DNA of 64,000 nucleotides from Candidatus Falkowbacteria bacterium (GTDB lineage: Bacteria; Patescibacteriota; Patescibacteriia; UBA11705; JABHMO01). Position 1 is the first letter of the stretch. The number at the start of each line of letters is the position of its first letter. Where the stretch lies: NCBI GenBank assembly GCA_018674305.1, contig JABHAL010000008.1, forward strand, positions 954 to 64,953, in the 5' to 3' direction. The notes beneath the pieces were generated by a model. The model saw only the letters and a program-made list of their open reading frames with translations. It made no database searches and had not been told where the DNA came from. Positions 7,623-16,945 of the stretch are shown here, piece by piece. The position numbers were made by a program, and so were the translations under genes.

Positions 7623-10496
7623 ATGAGTAATAAAATTTCCATTAAAGGTGCAAAGGTCAATAATTTGAAAAATATTGACATCGACATTCCTAGAAATAAA
7701 TTAGTGGTCATTACTGGGTTATCTGGTTCAGGTAAATCTTCATTAGCATTTGATACAATTTATGCTGAAGGTCAGCGTCGGTATGTGGAAAGTTTATCTT
7801 CTTATGCCCGTCAGTTTTTGGAAGTAAAGGAAAAGCCGGATGTAGATCAGATTACAGGTTTGTCCCCAGCAATTGCAATTGATCAGCGGTTCTCAGCTCA
7901 AAACCCTAGATCAACAGTTGGTACAATTACGGAAGTTTATGATTTACTTCGTTTAATGTTTAGTCGAATCGGTCATCCTCATTGTCCAAATTGTGGCGCA
8001 GAGGTATCGAGGCAAACTGTTGAAGAAATTGTAGAAAAGATTTGGAAAATTAATAACAAAATTAATGTCACCATTTTAGCCCCTATTATTAGGGAGCAAA
8101 AAGGAGCACACAGAAAGGTTCTTGAAGAAATTCGCAAGGCTAATTATTATCAAGTTCGTTTTGATGGCATTATTTATAATATCGAAGAGGTTGATCAATT
8201 AGAAATCGATAAACAAAAGCAACATACAATTGAGGTTGTAGTTGATAGAGTTTTACTTGATGGTGACAAAGACACCAAAGACCAACTATTCGAGTCAACA
8301 AAAGTTGCCGCTGATTTAGGTAATGGTTTAGTGGTTATGCTCCGTTCAGACAAACAAATTGATACTTTGTTTAGTCAGTTTTATACTTGCCCTAAATGTG
8401 ATATAGATCTGCCAGAAATTGAACTGCGCAGTTTTTCTTTTAATTCACCATTTGGAGCTTGTTCAGCTTGTACAGGTCTGGGTGTGAAAATGGAAGTTGA
8501 TCCTGAACTGGTGATTAGTAATCCACGATTAACTCTTGCTCAAGGGGCTATCAAACCGTGGACAAAGATTTTTTCAAATCAAACTGCAATTTGGCAGCTT
8601 TTGGCAGGTGTTGCCAAGCGTCATCGTTTTTCTATTGATATGCCAGTTGAAAAATTAACCAAGCGTGCTTTAGCTATTGTTATGAATGGTACCGGTGATG
8701 AGGAATATGAAATTGGTAGCAAGACAATGGTCTTTGAGGGGGTATTACCAGGATTGGACAAAAAACATAGAGAAACTGATTCTGATTATATTCGTAAAGA
8801 AATTGAAAAATATATGCGACAGCATGTATGTAGTGAGTGTGCCGGTGAACGATTGAAAAAGGAAAGTTTAGCTGTGACGGTAGGTGGTATGTCTATTGTT
8901 GAGTTTACTGAAGTTTCAGTAGTAGAATTAAAAACTTCAATTAATGAACTTTTAAGAAGTATTAAATATAAAGGTGGAAAGATACCCAAAAAAGATTTTA
9001 CTTATATCAAAGAGCCAGTCAACGATATTGAATTCAAGATTGCAGGCGCGATTATCAAGGAAGTTGAACGTCGTGTCGGTTTTTTAGAAAATGTTGGTCT
9101 GGGTTATTTAACTTTGGGCCGGAATTCTAATACTTTGTCCGGTGGGGAAGCGCAAAGAATCAGATTGGCGACTCAGTTAGGATCATCTTTGTCTGAAGTT
9201 ATTTATGTTTTGGATGAGCCGTCAATAGGACTTCATCCAGCTGACAATAATAAATTGATTAATACATTAAAAAATCTGCGCGACAAGGGAAATTCAGTAG
9301 TAGTGGTTGAACATGATGAGGATATGATGAAAAGCGCAGATCATATAATTGATATTGGTCCTGGAGCAGGTATTTACGGAGGTGAAGTAGTTTCTCAGGG
9401 TACAATTGAGCAAGTAAAAAAATGTACTAAATCTTTGACTGGAAAATATCTATCCGGCAAAGAAAAAATAGAAGTTTTGCAAAAAGAAAAAAGAGGAAAC
9501 GGGAAATTCATTGAAATCAAAGGCGCAAAAGCACATAACTTAAAAAACCTTGATGTTAAAATCCCATTAGGTAAGTTGGTTGCCATTACCGGTGTATCAG
9601 GTTCAGGTAAGTCTTCATTGATGACTGATATTTTATCTAAGGCTTTATCTCGATATTTTTATAGATCTAAGGATTTACCAGCAGAACACAAGGAAATTAG
9701 AGGCTTGGAAAATGTTGATAAAGTTATTACTATTGATCAGTCGCCAATTGGTAGAACTCCTCGTTCAAACCCGGCCACCTATACTGGCGTGTTTACTTAT
9801 ATTCGTGATTTATTTACTCAAGTTCCAGAAGCTAAAATTAAAGGGTATGATGCCGGCCGATTCAGCTTTAATGTAAAGGGCGGTCGTTGTGAAGCTTGTG
9901 GTGGTGATGGTTTAATAAAGATTGAAATGCAGTTTTTACCGGATGTTTATGTTGAATGTCAGGAATGTAAGGGCCGACGTTATAATAAGAAAACTTTGGA
10001 GATTCATTATAGAGGAAAAAATATTGCTGATGTCCTAGAAATGACCGTGGCGGAAGCTAAAATTTTCTTTGGTGACACACCGATCCTCAATGAGAAGTTA
10101 ACTGTTCTGGGGGAAGTTGGTCTTGGTTACTTAACGCTAGGTCAGCCAGCTACAACACTTTCTGGTGGTGAAGCGCAAAGAATTAAACTGGCGACAGAAT
10201 TATCTCGCTATGCAACTGGGAAAACTTTGTACATTCTAGATGAACCGACAACCGGACTTCATTTCGATGATATTAAAAGACTATTATATATTCTTAACCG
10301 ATTAGCAGATAAGGGAAATACAGTTTTGATTATTGAACACAATTTAGATGTTATTAAGAACTGTGATTGGATAATTGACCTTGGTCCAGAGGGCGGAGAT
10401 AAGGGTGGTGAGATTATGGCGGAAGGGACACCCAAAGATATTGCCAAAGCTGCGAAATCAATCACCGGTCAATATTTAAAGAAAATAGTGAAATAG
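7623..10496 (+). CDS. uvrA: excinuclease ABC subunit A
   Basis: GLSGSGKSSLAFDTIYAEGQRRY, two ABC domains, Zn fingers. Confidence 0.98.
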   Translation: MSNKISIKGAKVNNLKNIDIDIPRNKLVVITGLSGSGKSSLAFDTIYAEGQRRYVESLSSYARQFLEVKEKPDVDQITGLSPAIAIDQRFSAQNPRSTVGTITEVYDLLRLMFSRIGHPHCPNCGAEVSRQTVEEIVEKIWKINNKINVTILAPIIREQKGAHRKVLEEIRKANYYQVRFDGIIYNIEEVDQLEIDKQKQHTIEVVVDRVLLDGDKDTKDQLFESTKVAADLGNGLVVMLRSDKQIDTLFSQFYTCPKCDIDLPEIELRSFSFNSPFGACSACTGLGVKMEVDPELVISNPRLTLAQGAIKPWTKIFSNQTAIWQLLAGVAKRHRFSIDMPVEKLTKRALAIVMNGTGDEEYEIGSKTMVFEGVLPGLDKKHRETDSDYIRKEIEKYMRQHVCSECAGERLKKESLAVTVGGMSIVEFTEVSVVELKTSINELLRSIKYKGGKIPKKDFTYIKEPVNDIEFKIAGAIIKEVERRVGFLENVGLGYLTLGRNSNTLSGGEAQRIRLATQLGSSLSEVIYVLDEPSIGLHPADNNKLINTLKNLRDKGNSVVVVEHDEDMMKSADHIIDIGPGAGIYGGEVVSQGTIEQVKKCTKSLTGKYLSGKEKIEVLQKEKRGNGKFIEIKGAKAHNLKNLDVKIPLGKLVAITGVSGSGKSSLMTDILSKALSRYFYRSKDLPAEHKEIRGLENVDKVITIDQSPIGRTPRSNPATYTGVFTYIRDLFTQVPEAKIKGYDAGRFSFNVKGGRCEACGGDGLIKIEMQFLPDVYVECQECKGRRYNKKTLEIHYRGKNIADVLEMTVAEAKIFFGDTPILNEKLTVLGEVGLGYLTLGQPATTLSGGEAQRIKLATELSRYATGKTLYILDEPTTGLHFDDIKRLLYILNRLADKGNTVLIIEHNLDVIKNCDWIIDLGPEGGDKGGEIMAEGTPKDIAKAAKSITGQYLKKIVK

Positions 10497-10529
10497 AGTT
10501 AAGTTTGAATATTATATTTGTTAAAAATA

Positions 10530-10565
10530 AAAAAATACCCAAATATGATGAATTGGGTATTTTTT
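10530..10565 (+). terminator. intrinsic terminator
   Basis: AAAAATACCCAA...TTGGGTATTTTTT. Confidence 0.7.
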
Positions 10566-10657
10566 GTTTTAAATATTTTAGGATTGACGGTTTCAATAAA
10601 TAATGGTAAGGTTTTGGGTGAAATGTGCTGGTCTATTTTTAATTACGGGAGGATTAA

Positions 10658-12349
10658 ATGAAACAGAATAAAAAATTGATCGAGCAAGTTGATGAACTTT
10701 TAAATTTTAGAGGAGATACAAGGCTTCGAATTGAGAAACTGTACGACTTCTTTGTGTCATTGACTAATGATGAACGAGAAGTTGTATTGCCTTATTATTT
10801 TGAGCGTTGTCATCTGTGTGGTATTGCTTCAGGTAAAGAAATTAAGGGAGATGGAACAATTAGTGTCCAATCTCAGGAAAGTGTAATTCCAGATCTTACG
10901 CAGTGGTTGCATGAAGAGGTAGTCTCAAACAAGGGATTGTCTAGTTCAAAGTTTGCTGAGAAGGCCTGGAAAAAGATTCAATCGTATAAGTCAGAAGAGA
11001 AAAGGCAAGCAGCTTTGCTTATCTTAGCAAGTGTGTCAGTAATTCCTCATGTTCCATTTAAGTCTCCTAAAAGTACATTATCAACAGAACGATTTCAGGA
11101 GTTAGGTGCAAAACTTCGGCGAGAGATTGCTCAGGTTAGACGAGTGACGCTAATATTCGAAGAAGTTTTAGAAGATTTTGCTCCAGCGGGGCAGTATTTG
11201 GAAAAGGTTTTTTCTGAGGTAGAAGATAGTAACGGTAGGGCCGTTTTATTTGCTCATTTGATTCGATTTTTGCGCATCGTTACTTTGTATGAGCAAGATG
11301 AAAAGCTCAATTGGAGCGATGAACAAAAAGATGCACTTGGGCAAGTCTTAATTGACATGGATATTGCGGATTATCCTTTGCTTGAAAACATGAACGCAAA
11401 GGCGAAAGAGGCAAAAGAAGGTGCGGGAGTTAAGGTTCTTGTTTCTGCTGACAAGGCAGGCAAAGAAACTGAGATTTTCCATGTCTACGTTTATCGACTT
11501 GCCCGAATGAAAAAGCAGCACCCTGATTATTATGAAGCTTACACCAAGGCAAAGGAAATTGCTGAAAGTTTAAGTGAAGAAGATACTCCGGGCAGAATAG
11601 AAAAAAGCCTTAAAATAGTGAATTTGCTTTACTCCTTTGAAGAGGAAAAGAATCCTGGCTACGCAGAATATTTTGAGGCTTCTTGGTTGTTTGCAAATCA
11701 CTTGTCGGCGCTTTGTCTTGAGTTTTACGAAGGGCTATTTCAGCGATTGGTAGGTGGAGAAAAGGTTGGCGCAGATGATTTTGTTCCAATGCCGTGCATT
11801 GGTTTAAAGATGAGTGACGGTTTTCTTTCTGAGGACCAGGGAGCTACTGTTACCACCGAAGAAGGAAGCGTTTATCGACTTGAGAAAGGTAAAGCTAGTC
11901 GAATAACACCTTTTTCTAGCGCACTTGAACAAATTAATGAGCTTTGGTACAAGGCAGTTTGTTGTTTGGATGTTGCCTGGGAAAATGCCGGACGAGAAGC
12001 GAGCTGGTCAAGGCAAACTGTTTTGAAATTTCAGATACCTGATATTGCTGCAGATCTAACTCGAGTGGTAAACCAATTGGTCAGAAATCTAGCTTATTAC
12101 AGTTTCTGGGAGAGAGATTTAGTCACTGGCTTTGATGATGAAGTTGAGCTACGTGAACTATTCATGGAGCGGTTCGTTCTTCGTTCACCAGTTGTTGGCT
12201 TCCACCTTGAAAAGTTTTTAACGTCGGGTAAAGAGACGTTAGAACATACAATTGCAAAACACACTTTTATTTCTAAAGAGGCAAAGGATTTAGCCTTGGC
12301 AGAATATAGAGAGGTTTGTTCTTGGTTAGGCATAAAAGGAAAATTCTAG
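10658..12349 (+). CDS. hypothetical helical protein (ORFan cassette)
   Basis: 563-aa ORF with GGAGG SD, upstream TTGACG promoter and downstream terminator. No motif recognised. Confidence 0.8.
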   Translation: MKQNKKLIEQVDELLNFRGDTRLRIEKLYDFFVSLTNDEREVVLPYYFERCHLCGIASGKEIKGDGTISVQSQESVIPDLTQWLHEEVVSNKGLSSSKFAEKAWKKIQSYKSEEKRQAALLILASVSVIPHVPFKSPKSTLSTERFQELGAKLRREIAQVRRVTLIFEEVLEDFAPAGQYLEKVFSEVEDSNGRAVLFAHLIRFLRIVTLYEQDEKLNWSDEQKDALGQVLIDMDIADYPLLENMNAKAKEAKEGAGVKVLVSADKAGKETEIFHVYVYRLARMKKQHPDYYEAYTKAKEIAESLSEEDTPGRIEKSLKIVNLLYSFEEEKNPGYAEYFEASWLFANHLSALCLEFYEGLFQRLVGGEKVGADDFVPMPCIGLKMSDGFLSEDQGATVTTEEGSVYRLEKGKASRITPFSSALEQINELWYKAVCCLDVAWENAGREASWSRQTVLKFQIPDIAADLTRVVNQLVRNLAYYSFWERDLVTGFDDEVELRELFMERFVLRSPVVGFHLEKFLTSGKETLEHTIAKHTFISKEAKDLALAEYREVCSWLGIKGKF

Positions 12350-12354
12350 AAAAC

Positions 12355-12387
12355 AAAAATGTCACCCAATCTTCGGTGACATTTTTT
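12355..12387. terminator. bidirectional terminator
   Basis: AAAAATGTCACC...GGTGACATTTTT between convergent genes. Confidence 0.8.
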
Positions 12388-12397
12388 ATTTAAGCTT

Positions 12398-12835
12398 TTA
12401 ATCTTTGATCTCTCGGAGTTTTTTGTGCTTAGTTCGAATATAGTTGATCTTGGCTCGGCGTACTTTGAATCTCTTTACTACTTCAATCTTTTTAACAGTT
12501 GGAGAATGTAGTGGGAAAATCTTTTCTACAGATATCCCGCTTGATTCTTTTCTAACGGTTACAGTAGCATTGATACCTTTGCCGTGCTTACGACCCAAAA
12601 CTGTTCCTTCGAAAACCTGAACTCTTTTCTTTTCTTCACCTTTAGGATTGAACTCCGTAATCTCCTGGTGAACGCGAACTAAAGTTCCTGCTTGAACGGC
12701 TGGAAAAGTTCGGTCTATTTTTTCTTCCTTGTCCTTCGAAGCTTTAGGCGAAGAAGGGTCAATTTTTTTTGTAGCTTTTTCTTCTTTGTTGTCTTCAGTT
12801 GGTTTTTTGGCAACTGGCTTTTTATCTTCTGGCAT
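12398..12835 (-). CDS. rplS: 50S ribosomal protein L19 with N-terminal extension
   Basis: RVQVFEG, TVTVRK, VEKIFPLHSP, KVRRAKINYIR. Confidence 0.95.
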   Translation of the reverse strand: MPEDKKPVAKKPTEDNKEEKATKKIDPSSPKASKDKEEKIDRTFPAVQAGTLVRVHQEITEFNPKGEEKKRVQVFEGTVLGRKHGKGINATVTVRKESSGISVEKIFPLHSPTVKKIEVVKRFKVRRAKINYIRTKHKKLREIKD

Positions 12836-12855
12836 ATTAGTTTATAGAGTAAGAT

Positions 12856-12930
12856 GAGCGAGACGAGTGAAACGAGCGAGACTAGTCGTTTTTTTGTTTT
12901 ACTGGTCTTGCTAGTTTTGCTAGTCTTGCT
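12856..12930. repeat. inverted array of 9-mer GCGAGACNA units
   Basis: Left GAGCGAGACGAGTGAAACGAGCGAGACTAGT; right ACTGGTCTTGCTAGTTTTGCTAGTCTTGCT; sister copy at 43631-43701. Confidence 0.7.
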
Positions 12931-12981
12931 AAATTATTAACTGAAATTTAGTATAATCTATTCTGTAAAATAAGTCAAGCT

Positions 12982-13536
12982 TTAGTTATTTTCAATAATT
13001 TCCTTAACTTTATTGGTAGCTTCATCAACTTTTCCTTCTTCGTTGACGATTTTGAAATCATATTCATCAGCTTGCTTTAATTCTCCTGGTACTTTTATCC
13101 AGCGTTTTTCAAAAGCTTCATCGGTCATTGGTCTTTGGCGAATTCGGCCCTTAAGGTTTTCTAAATTGTCAGGTAAAATAAAGATTGACTTCGCTTTAGG
13201 AAATATAGCTTTCGTGCTTCGAACACCATTGACATCCAAAAGGGACATTGCTATTTTTCCGTTTTGCCAAATAGCTTCTAGATCTTTTCGGCTATTACCG
13301 TACCAATTACCGTAGTGTTCGTCATGTTCAAAAAACTCACCAGCTTGTAATTTTTTTTCAAATTCATTCCGACTGACAAAATGATAATCTTCACCATCTT
13401 TTTCTCCTGGTCTTGGTTCACGGGTTACATAAGTTACGAGTCGTTCCAGATTTGGCATTTGTTCCAAAAGTTTGTAGGCAATTGTAGTTTTGCCGACACC
13501 GGAAGTGCCGGAGATTAGGAATAACTTATTGTTCAT
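12982..13536 (-). CDS. gmk: guanylate kinase
   Basis: SGTSGVGKTT, TREPRPGEKDGEDYHF, YGN. Start placed at MNNK. Confidence 0.93.
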   Translation of the reverse strand: MNNKLFLISGTSGVGKTTIAYKLLEQMPNLERLVTYVTREPRPGEKDGEDYHFVSRNEFEKKLQAGEFFEHDEHYGNWYGNSRKDLEAIWQNGKIAMSLLDVNGVRSTKAIFPKAKSIFILPDNLENLKGRIRQRPMTDEAFEKRWIKVPGELKQADEYDFKIVNEEGKVDEATNKVKEIIENN

Positions 13537-13543
13537 ATGTATT

Positions 13544-14530
13544 TTACGATTTTTTGCTAAATAGCATTCGTTTGTATTCATCAGTAACATCTTTAATTAT
13601 ACTTTGGATCAAAGCATTTGTTGTGTTTTTAGAATCGAAATTTTTGGTAGGTTTGCAACCATCTCGGACTCTATCTCTTTCAATGTCCTCTATGTTGAAT
13701 TTTATTCTCAGCTTAGCCACTATGTTGTTTTCCTTGTTGTCATGACAGATGTTCAATTGAAGAAGCTCGTCCATCTTTTCTTGAATTGAATTTTTAACTT
13801 GTTTAACGGATGGTCTAGGTTCGCTTTGATATAGTGTTTGTATTTCATTAGTTAAAACCGTGCGCAAAGTTTCTTTGATCAAATTTAAAGTAAATCCAGA
13901 GTGTTGAAATAAAAATAATCGTTCATCTTGAAAAAATTTAGTAGCATCTTCTGTCGTTTTACATTCATATGGGTGATTGATTTTTTTGGTAAAAGGACAG
14001 GCTGCTATTCTTTTGACTAAGAGGTCTGCAATCTTTTTTTCGTCCATTGATTCTAATACTTCATCAAGTTCCAGTAGTTCAGGTGTATCTTCTTCATGGC
14101 TGTAGCTGTTGTCAATTGCATCGGCTAGCTCCAAGGTATGCTTCATCCCCCAAGTGTTGAGGCGCAAGGCGTCAAAAGTGTTGCCTTCGCTTAGGTGTAA
14201 GTAAAAAATTATTTCATCAATGGCGGCACTCATACGTGTGCCTTCCTTTTCTTCATCAGAAGAAACAAATGGAGGTCGTAATTCAAAAGTTAAACGTAGG
14301 ATTTTTTTCACATCCTTTTTGGCACTATAGGGTAGATTTTGTTCTTCAAGTTTTTGGTGAACAAGTTGATTGATTTTTCGGCTTTTTTCTTGTAGTTCTT
14401 TTAATCTAGCCTGGTACTCAGGCCCCATGTCAACCACAACAGGTTTGTGATCATGGAAGCGTAATTTTTTCCCCTCAGGCAAATCATCCGGCTTTGAGTA
14501 TTCCTCTATTGAGGCTGGACGCATTTTCAT
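13544..14530 (-). CDS. hypothetical protein
   Basis: Long ORF between the RluA-family gene and gmk; likely ATG at 14530. Confidence 0.7.
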   Translation of the reverse strand: MKMRPASIEEYSKPDDLPEGKKLRFHDHKPVVVDMGPEYQARLKELQEKSRKINQLVHQKLEEQNLPYSAKKDVKKILRLTFELRPPFVSSDEEKEGTRMSAAIDEIIFYLHLSEGNTFDALRLNTWGMKHTLELADAIDNSYSHEEDTPELLELDEVLESMDEKKIADLLVKRIAACPFTKKINHPYECKTTEDATKFFQDERLFLFQHSGFTLNLIKETLRTVLTNEIQTLYQSEPRPSVKQVKNSIQEKMDELLQLNICHDNKENNIVAKLRIKFNIEDIERDRVRDGCKPTKNFDSKNTTNALIQSIIKDVTDEYKRMLFSKKS

Positions 14531-14585
14531 ATTTTTAAATAAATAATAAGGCGAAACAAGGCTAAATAAGGTAACAAGGTTCAAC

Positions 14586-15575
14586 TCAAGAAGTGAATTC
14601 ACTAAATTCGCTTGGCAGCTCAGCTTCAAAAGTTTGCTTTTCTCCTTGCATATCAGTAAAAGTTAATTCTCTGGCGTGAAGCATAATTCTGCCAGGGTTT
14701 AGTTTGGTCTTTTCTTTGAATTTGTATAGATGGTCACCAACTATTGGATATTGGAGTGCAAAAAAGTGAACACGAATTTGATTTGTTCTACCAGTTAGAA
14801 GTTCAACTTCAATTAAGGTTGCTTTGTCGTATCGTTCAAGTACTTTGTAGTTTGTTAATGAAGGGCGCCCCTTTCCTGAGCCAGCTGGATGGGCAGCCAT
14901 GCGACCGCCTTCAGCGCTACGGCCGATTTCAAAATCGATTGTTCCTGCGTCTTGAGTCAATTTTCCATGAACTAGGGCAGTATATTTCTTGGTAATGATT
15001 CTTTTTTGAAATTGACTTTTGTAATATTCAAATGAATCTTGATTGAAGGCGATTAGCATTATACCAGAAACATCTCTATCTAGTCTGTGAACAATACCAG
15101 GGCGAAAGGTTTGGTCATTCTTTTCTAAAGAAATTGAATCAGCAATTTTTCTGATTTTTGGATATTTTTTAACTAGCCAGTCAACTAAAGTCGGAACAGT
15201 TGAGGTCGGTGTTTCATGCACAAGTAGTTTTGCTGGTTTCTCGATGATTAAATAATCAGTATTTTTGTGAATGATTTTCGGAGTTAGGTTTTTTGGAAAA
15301 GGTTTCTCAAGCAACTTCTCTTTTAGTTGTTGAAGTTTGGACATTTTGGTCAATTCAATTTCTTTGCTTCTTCTTTCCATCTCTTCAGTTGGAGAAACTG
15401 AAACTTTGTCTTGTAGATGAAGAAATTGGTGGACTTTAGCTGGTTTATCATTTACCAAAATTAGGCCATTTAGGATGGCTTTTTTAATTTGACTACGACT
15501 CTGTTCGATTTTTTCAGTTAGGAATTTGTCCAGTCGTACGTCTACTTGTGTTTCATCTACAATAAAATGTTTCAT
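14586..15575 (-). CDS. RluA/RluD-family pseudouridine synthase
   Basis: S4 domain RLDKFL; HRLDRDVSG; TGRTNQIRVH; GD.LY; LHA. Confidence 0.95.
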   Translation of the reverse strand: MKHFIVDETQVDVRLDKFLTEKIEQSRSQIKKAILNGLILVNDKPAKVHQFLHLQDKVSVSPTEEMERRSKEIELTKMSKLQQLKEKLLEKPFPKNLTPKIIHKNTDYLIIEKPAKLLVHETPTSTVPTLVDWLVKKYPKIRKIADSISLEKNDQTFRPGIVHRLDRDVSGIMLIAFNQDSFEYYKSQFQKRIITKKYTALVHGKLTQDAGTIDFEIGRSAEGGRMAAHPAGSGKGRPSLTNYKVLERYDKATLIEVELLTGRTNQIRVHFFALQYPIVGDHLYKFKEKTKLNPGRIMLHARELTFTDMQGEKQTFEAELPSEFSEFTS

Positions 15576-15672
15576 ATAGGCTTATACTAGCATGAATTGG
15601 CGAAATTTACAAGGTTAAACTAAGAACCCTCCGTATTACGAAGGGTTTTGTGATTTGTTTAGTGTTGAAGTC

Positions 15673-15834
15673 TTATCTTTTGATTGATAAGCCAGTTTTT
15701 TTGTCTACGAAGCGAGGAGAAGTGTTAACAGAATGTTTGGGTTTTGAAACGGGTGGAGGAGCTTTGGTTTTTGAGTTTCCGCTCATAGCGGCTAAAGCGA
15801 TTCCTACTACTGCAAGAGTTTCCAAAATTGCCAT
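15673..15834 (-). CDS. 53-aa small protein with hydrophobic N-terminus and basic tail (not in the ORF track)
   Basis: MAILETLAVVGIALAAMSGNSKTKAPPP...; GGAG SD; terminator hairpin at 15622-15648. Confidence 0.55.
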   Translation of the reverse strand: MAILETLAVVGIALAAMSGNSKTKAPPPVSKPKHSVNTSPRFVDKKTGLSIKR

Positions 15835-16106
15835 TGTTTTCTCCGTTTTTGAAAGGAAGTGGTGAACTTCTTTTGTTTAGGGCTTCTTTGAAAAGAGAAA
15901 GAGATTGTAGTTGTCAATTCATATGATACCTCCTTTAATTATATATATTTATAAGGAACTGTTTCACTAGTATTGTATACTTTATATTAATTGTTATTAG
16001 TATTTACCAACATTGATTTTTTATAATTGTTTAATTTTAGGTTAAATTCTGGATTAAGTAATTTTCTGTTCGTAAATAATGACAGAATATGCTACAATTA
16101 TTATAT

Positions 16107-16916
16107 ATGGAAAAAGAGCATGCTCTAATTCAACAGCTTAGAAAGATTGGTTTAAAGCAAAAAGCATCTGAAGTTTATGCTGCTCTTTTAGAATTAAAGG
16201 GGGCACACCCAAGTAGGGTTGCGGAGTACACTGGTTTAAATCGTAGTACTGTTTATAAGCTTTTAGTTGAATTGTCAATAAAGGGATTGGTAAGTGAATT
16301 GCAAAAAAAGGGTAAGTTATATTATCAAATTGAAAATCCAAAGCGTTTAGTTAAGTTTGCTAAAGATCAGGTCAAGTTGGCAGGTGAAAGATTGGAAAAT
16401 GCAAAAAAAGCTTTACCAGATTTCGTTGAGTTAATACAATTATCGCCAGTTCGGCCTAAAATTCGTTTTGCTGATGGGTTAACAGGTTTGATGAGTTTGT
16501 ATGAAAGTCATGTTTTGGAAAAAGAACCATATGAGATGCTTGGTATTAGTAATACAACTGAATTGACTAAAGTTTTCCCCAAAAAATTTGTATTGGATTA
16601 CATTAATAAAAAAAAGAAATTAGGAATTGGTGGCCGGGCGATTTTTCCGGACTGTGAGAAAGATAAAAATTACTTAAAAGAATATTACAAGAATTATCCT
16701 AAGAAGATATTGCCTCAAATTAAATATGTCCCAGCGAAAATTTTTCCTTACAGAAATGAAATTACAATATACGGAAAAAACAAAGTTTCAATTATCAATT
16801 TTAAACAAAAGGATACAGTCGGAATAATCATCGAAGATCAAACTATTCATGATATGATGCGCATGATTTTTGAATTAGCCTGGACTGGAGCTACGGAATT
16901 TGCTAAACTTAAATAA
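16107..16916 (+). CDS. TrmB-family transcriptional regulator
   Basis: N-terminal wHTH (VY.ALL...GLNRSTVY...GLV) and C-terminal EITIYGKNKV...IIIED...F...W. Start uncertain (16089 or 16107). Confidence 0.85.
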   Translation: MEKEHALIQQLRKIGLKQKASEVYAALLELKGAHPSRVAEYTGLNRSTVYKLLVELSIKGLVSELQKKGKLYYQIENPKRLVKFAKDQVKLAGERLENAKKALPDFVELIQLSPVRPKIRFADGLTGLMSLYESHVLEKEPYEMLGISNTTELTKVFPKKFVLDYINKKKKLGIGGRAIFPDCEKDKNYLKEYYKNYPKKILPQIKYVPAKIFPYRNEITIYGKNKVSIINFKQKDTVGIIIEDQTIHDMMRMIFELAWTGATEFAKLK

Positions 16917-16945
16917 GAGAAAAATAATAAAAGAATAACAATTTT

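Noticed and set aside
15914..15922. TGA after a strong SD as a sign of genetic code 25 (UGA=Gly)
   Set aside because: TGA terminates clear genes here (4288, 14586, 26246) and long ORFs translate cleanly with code 11.
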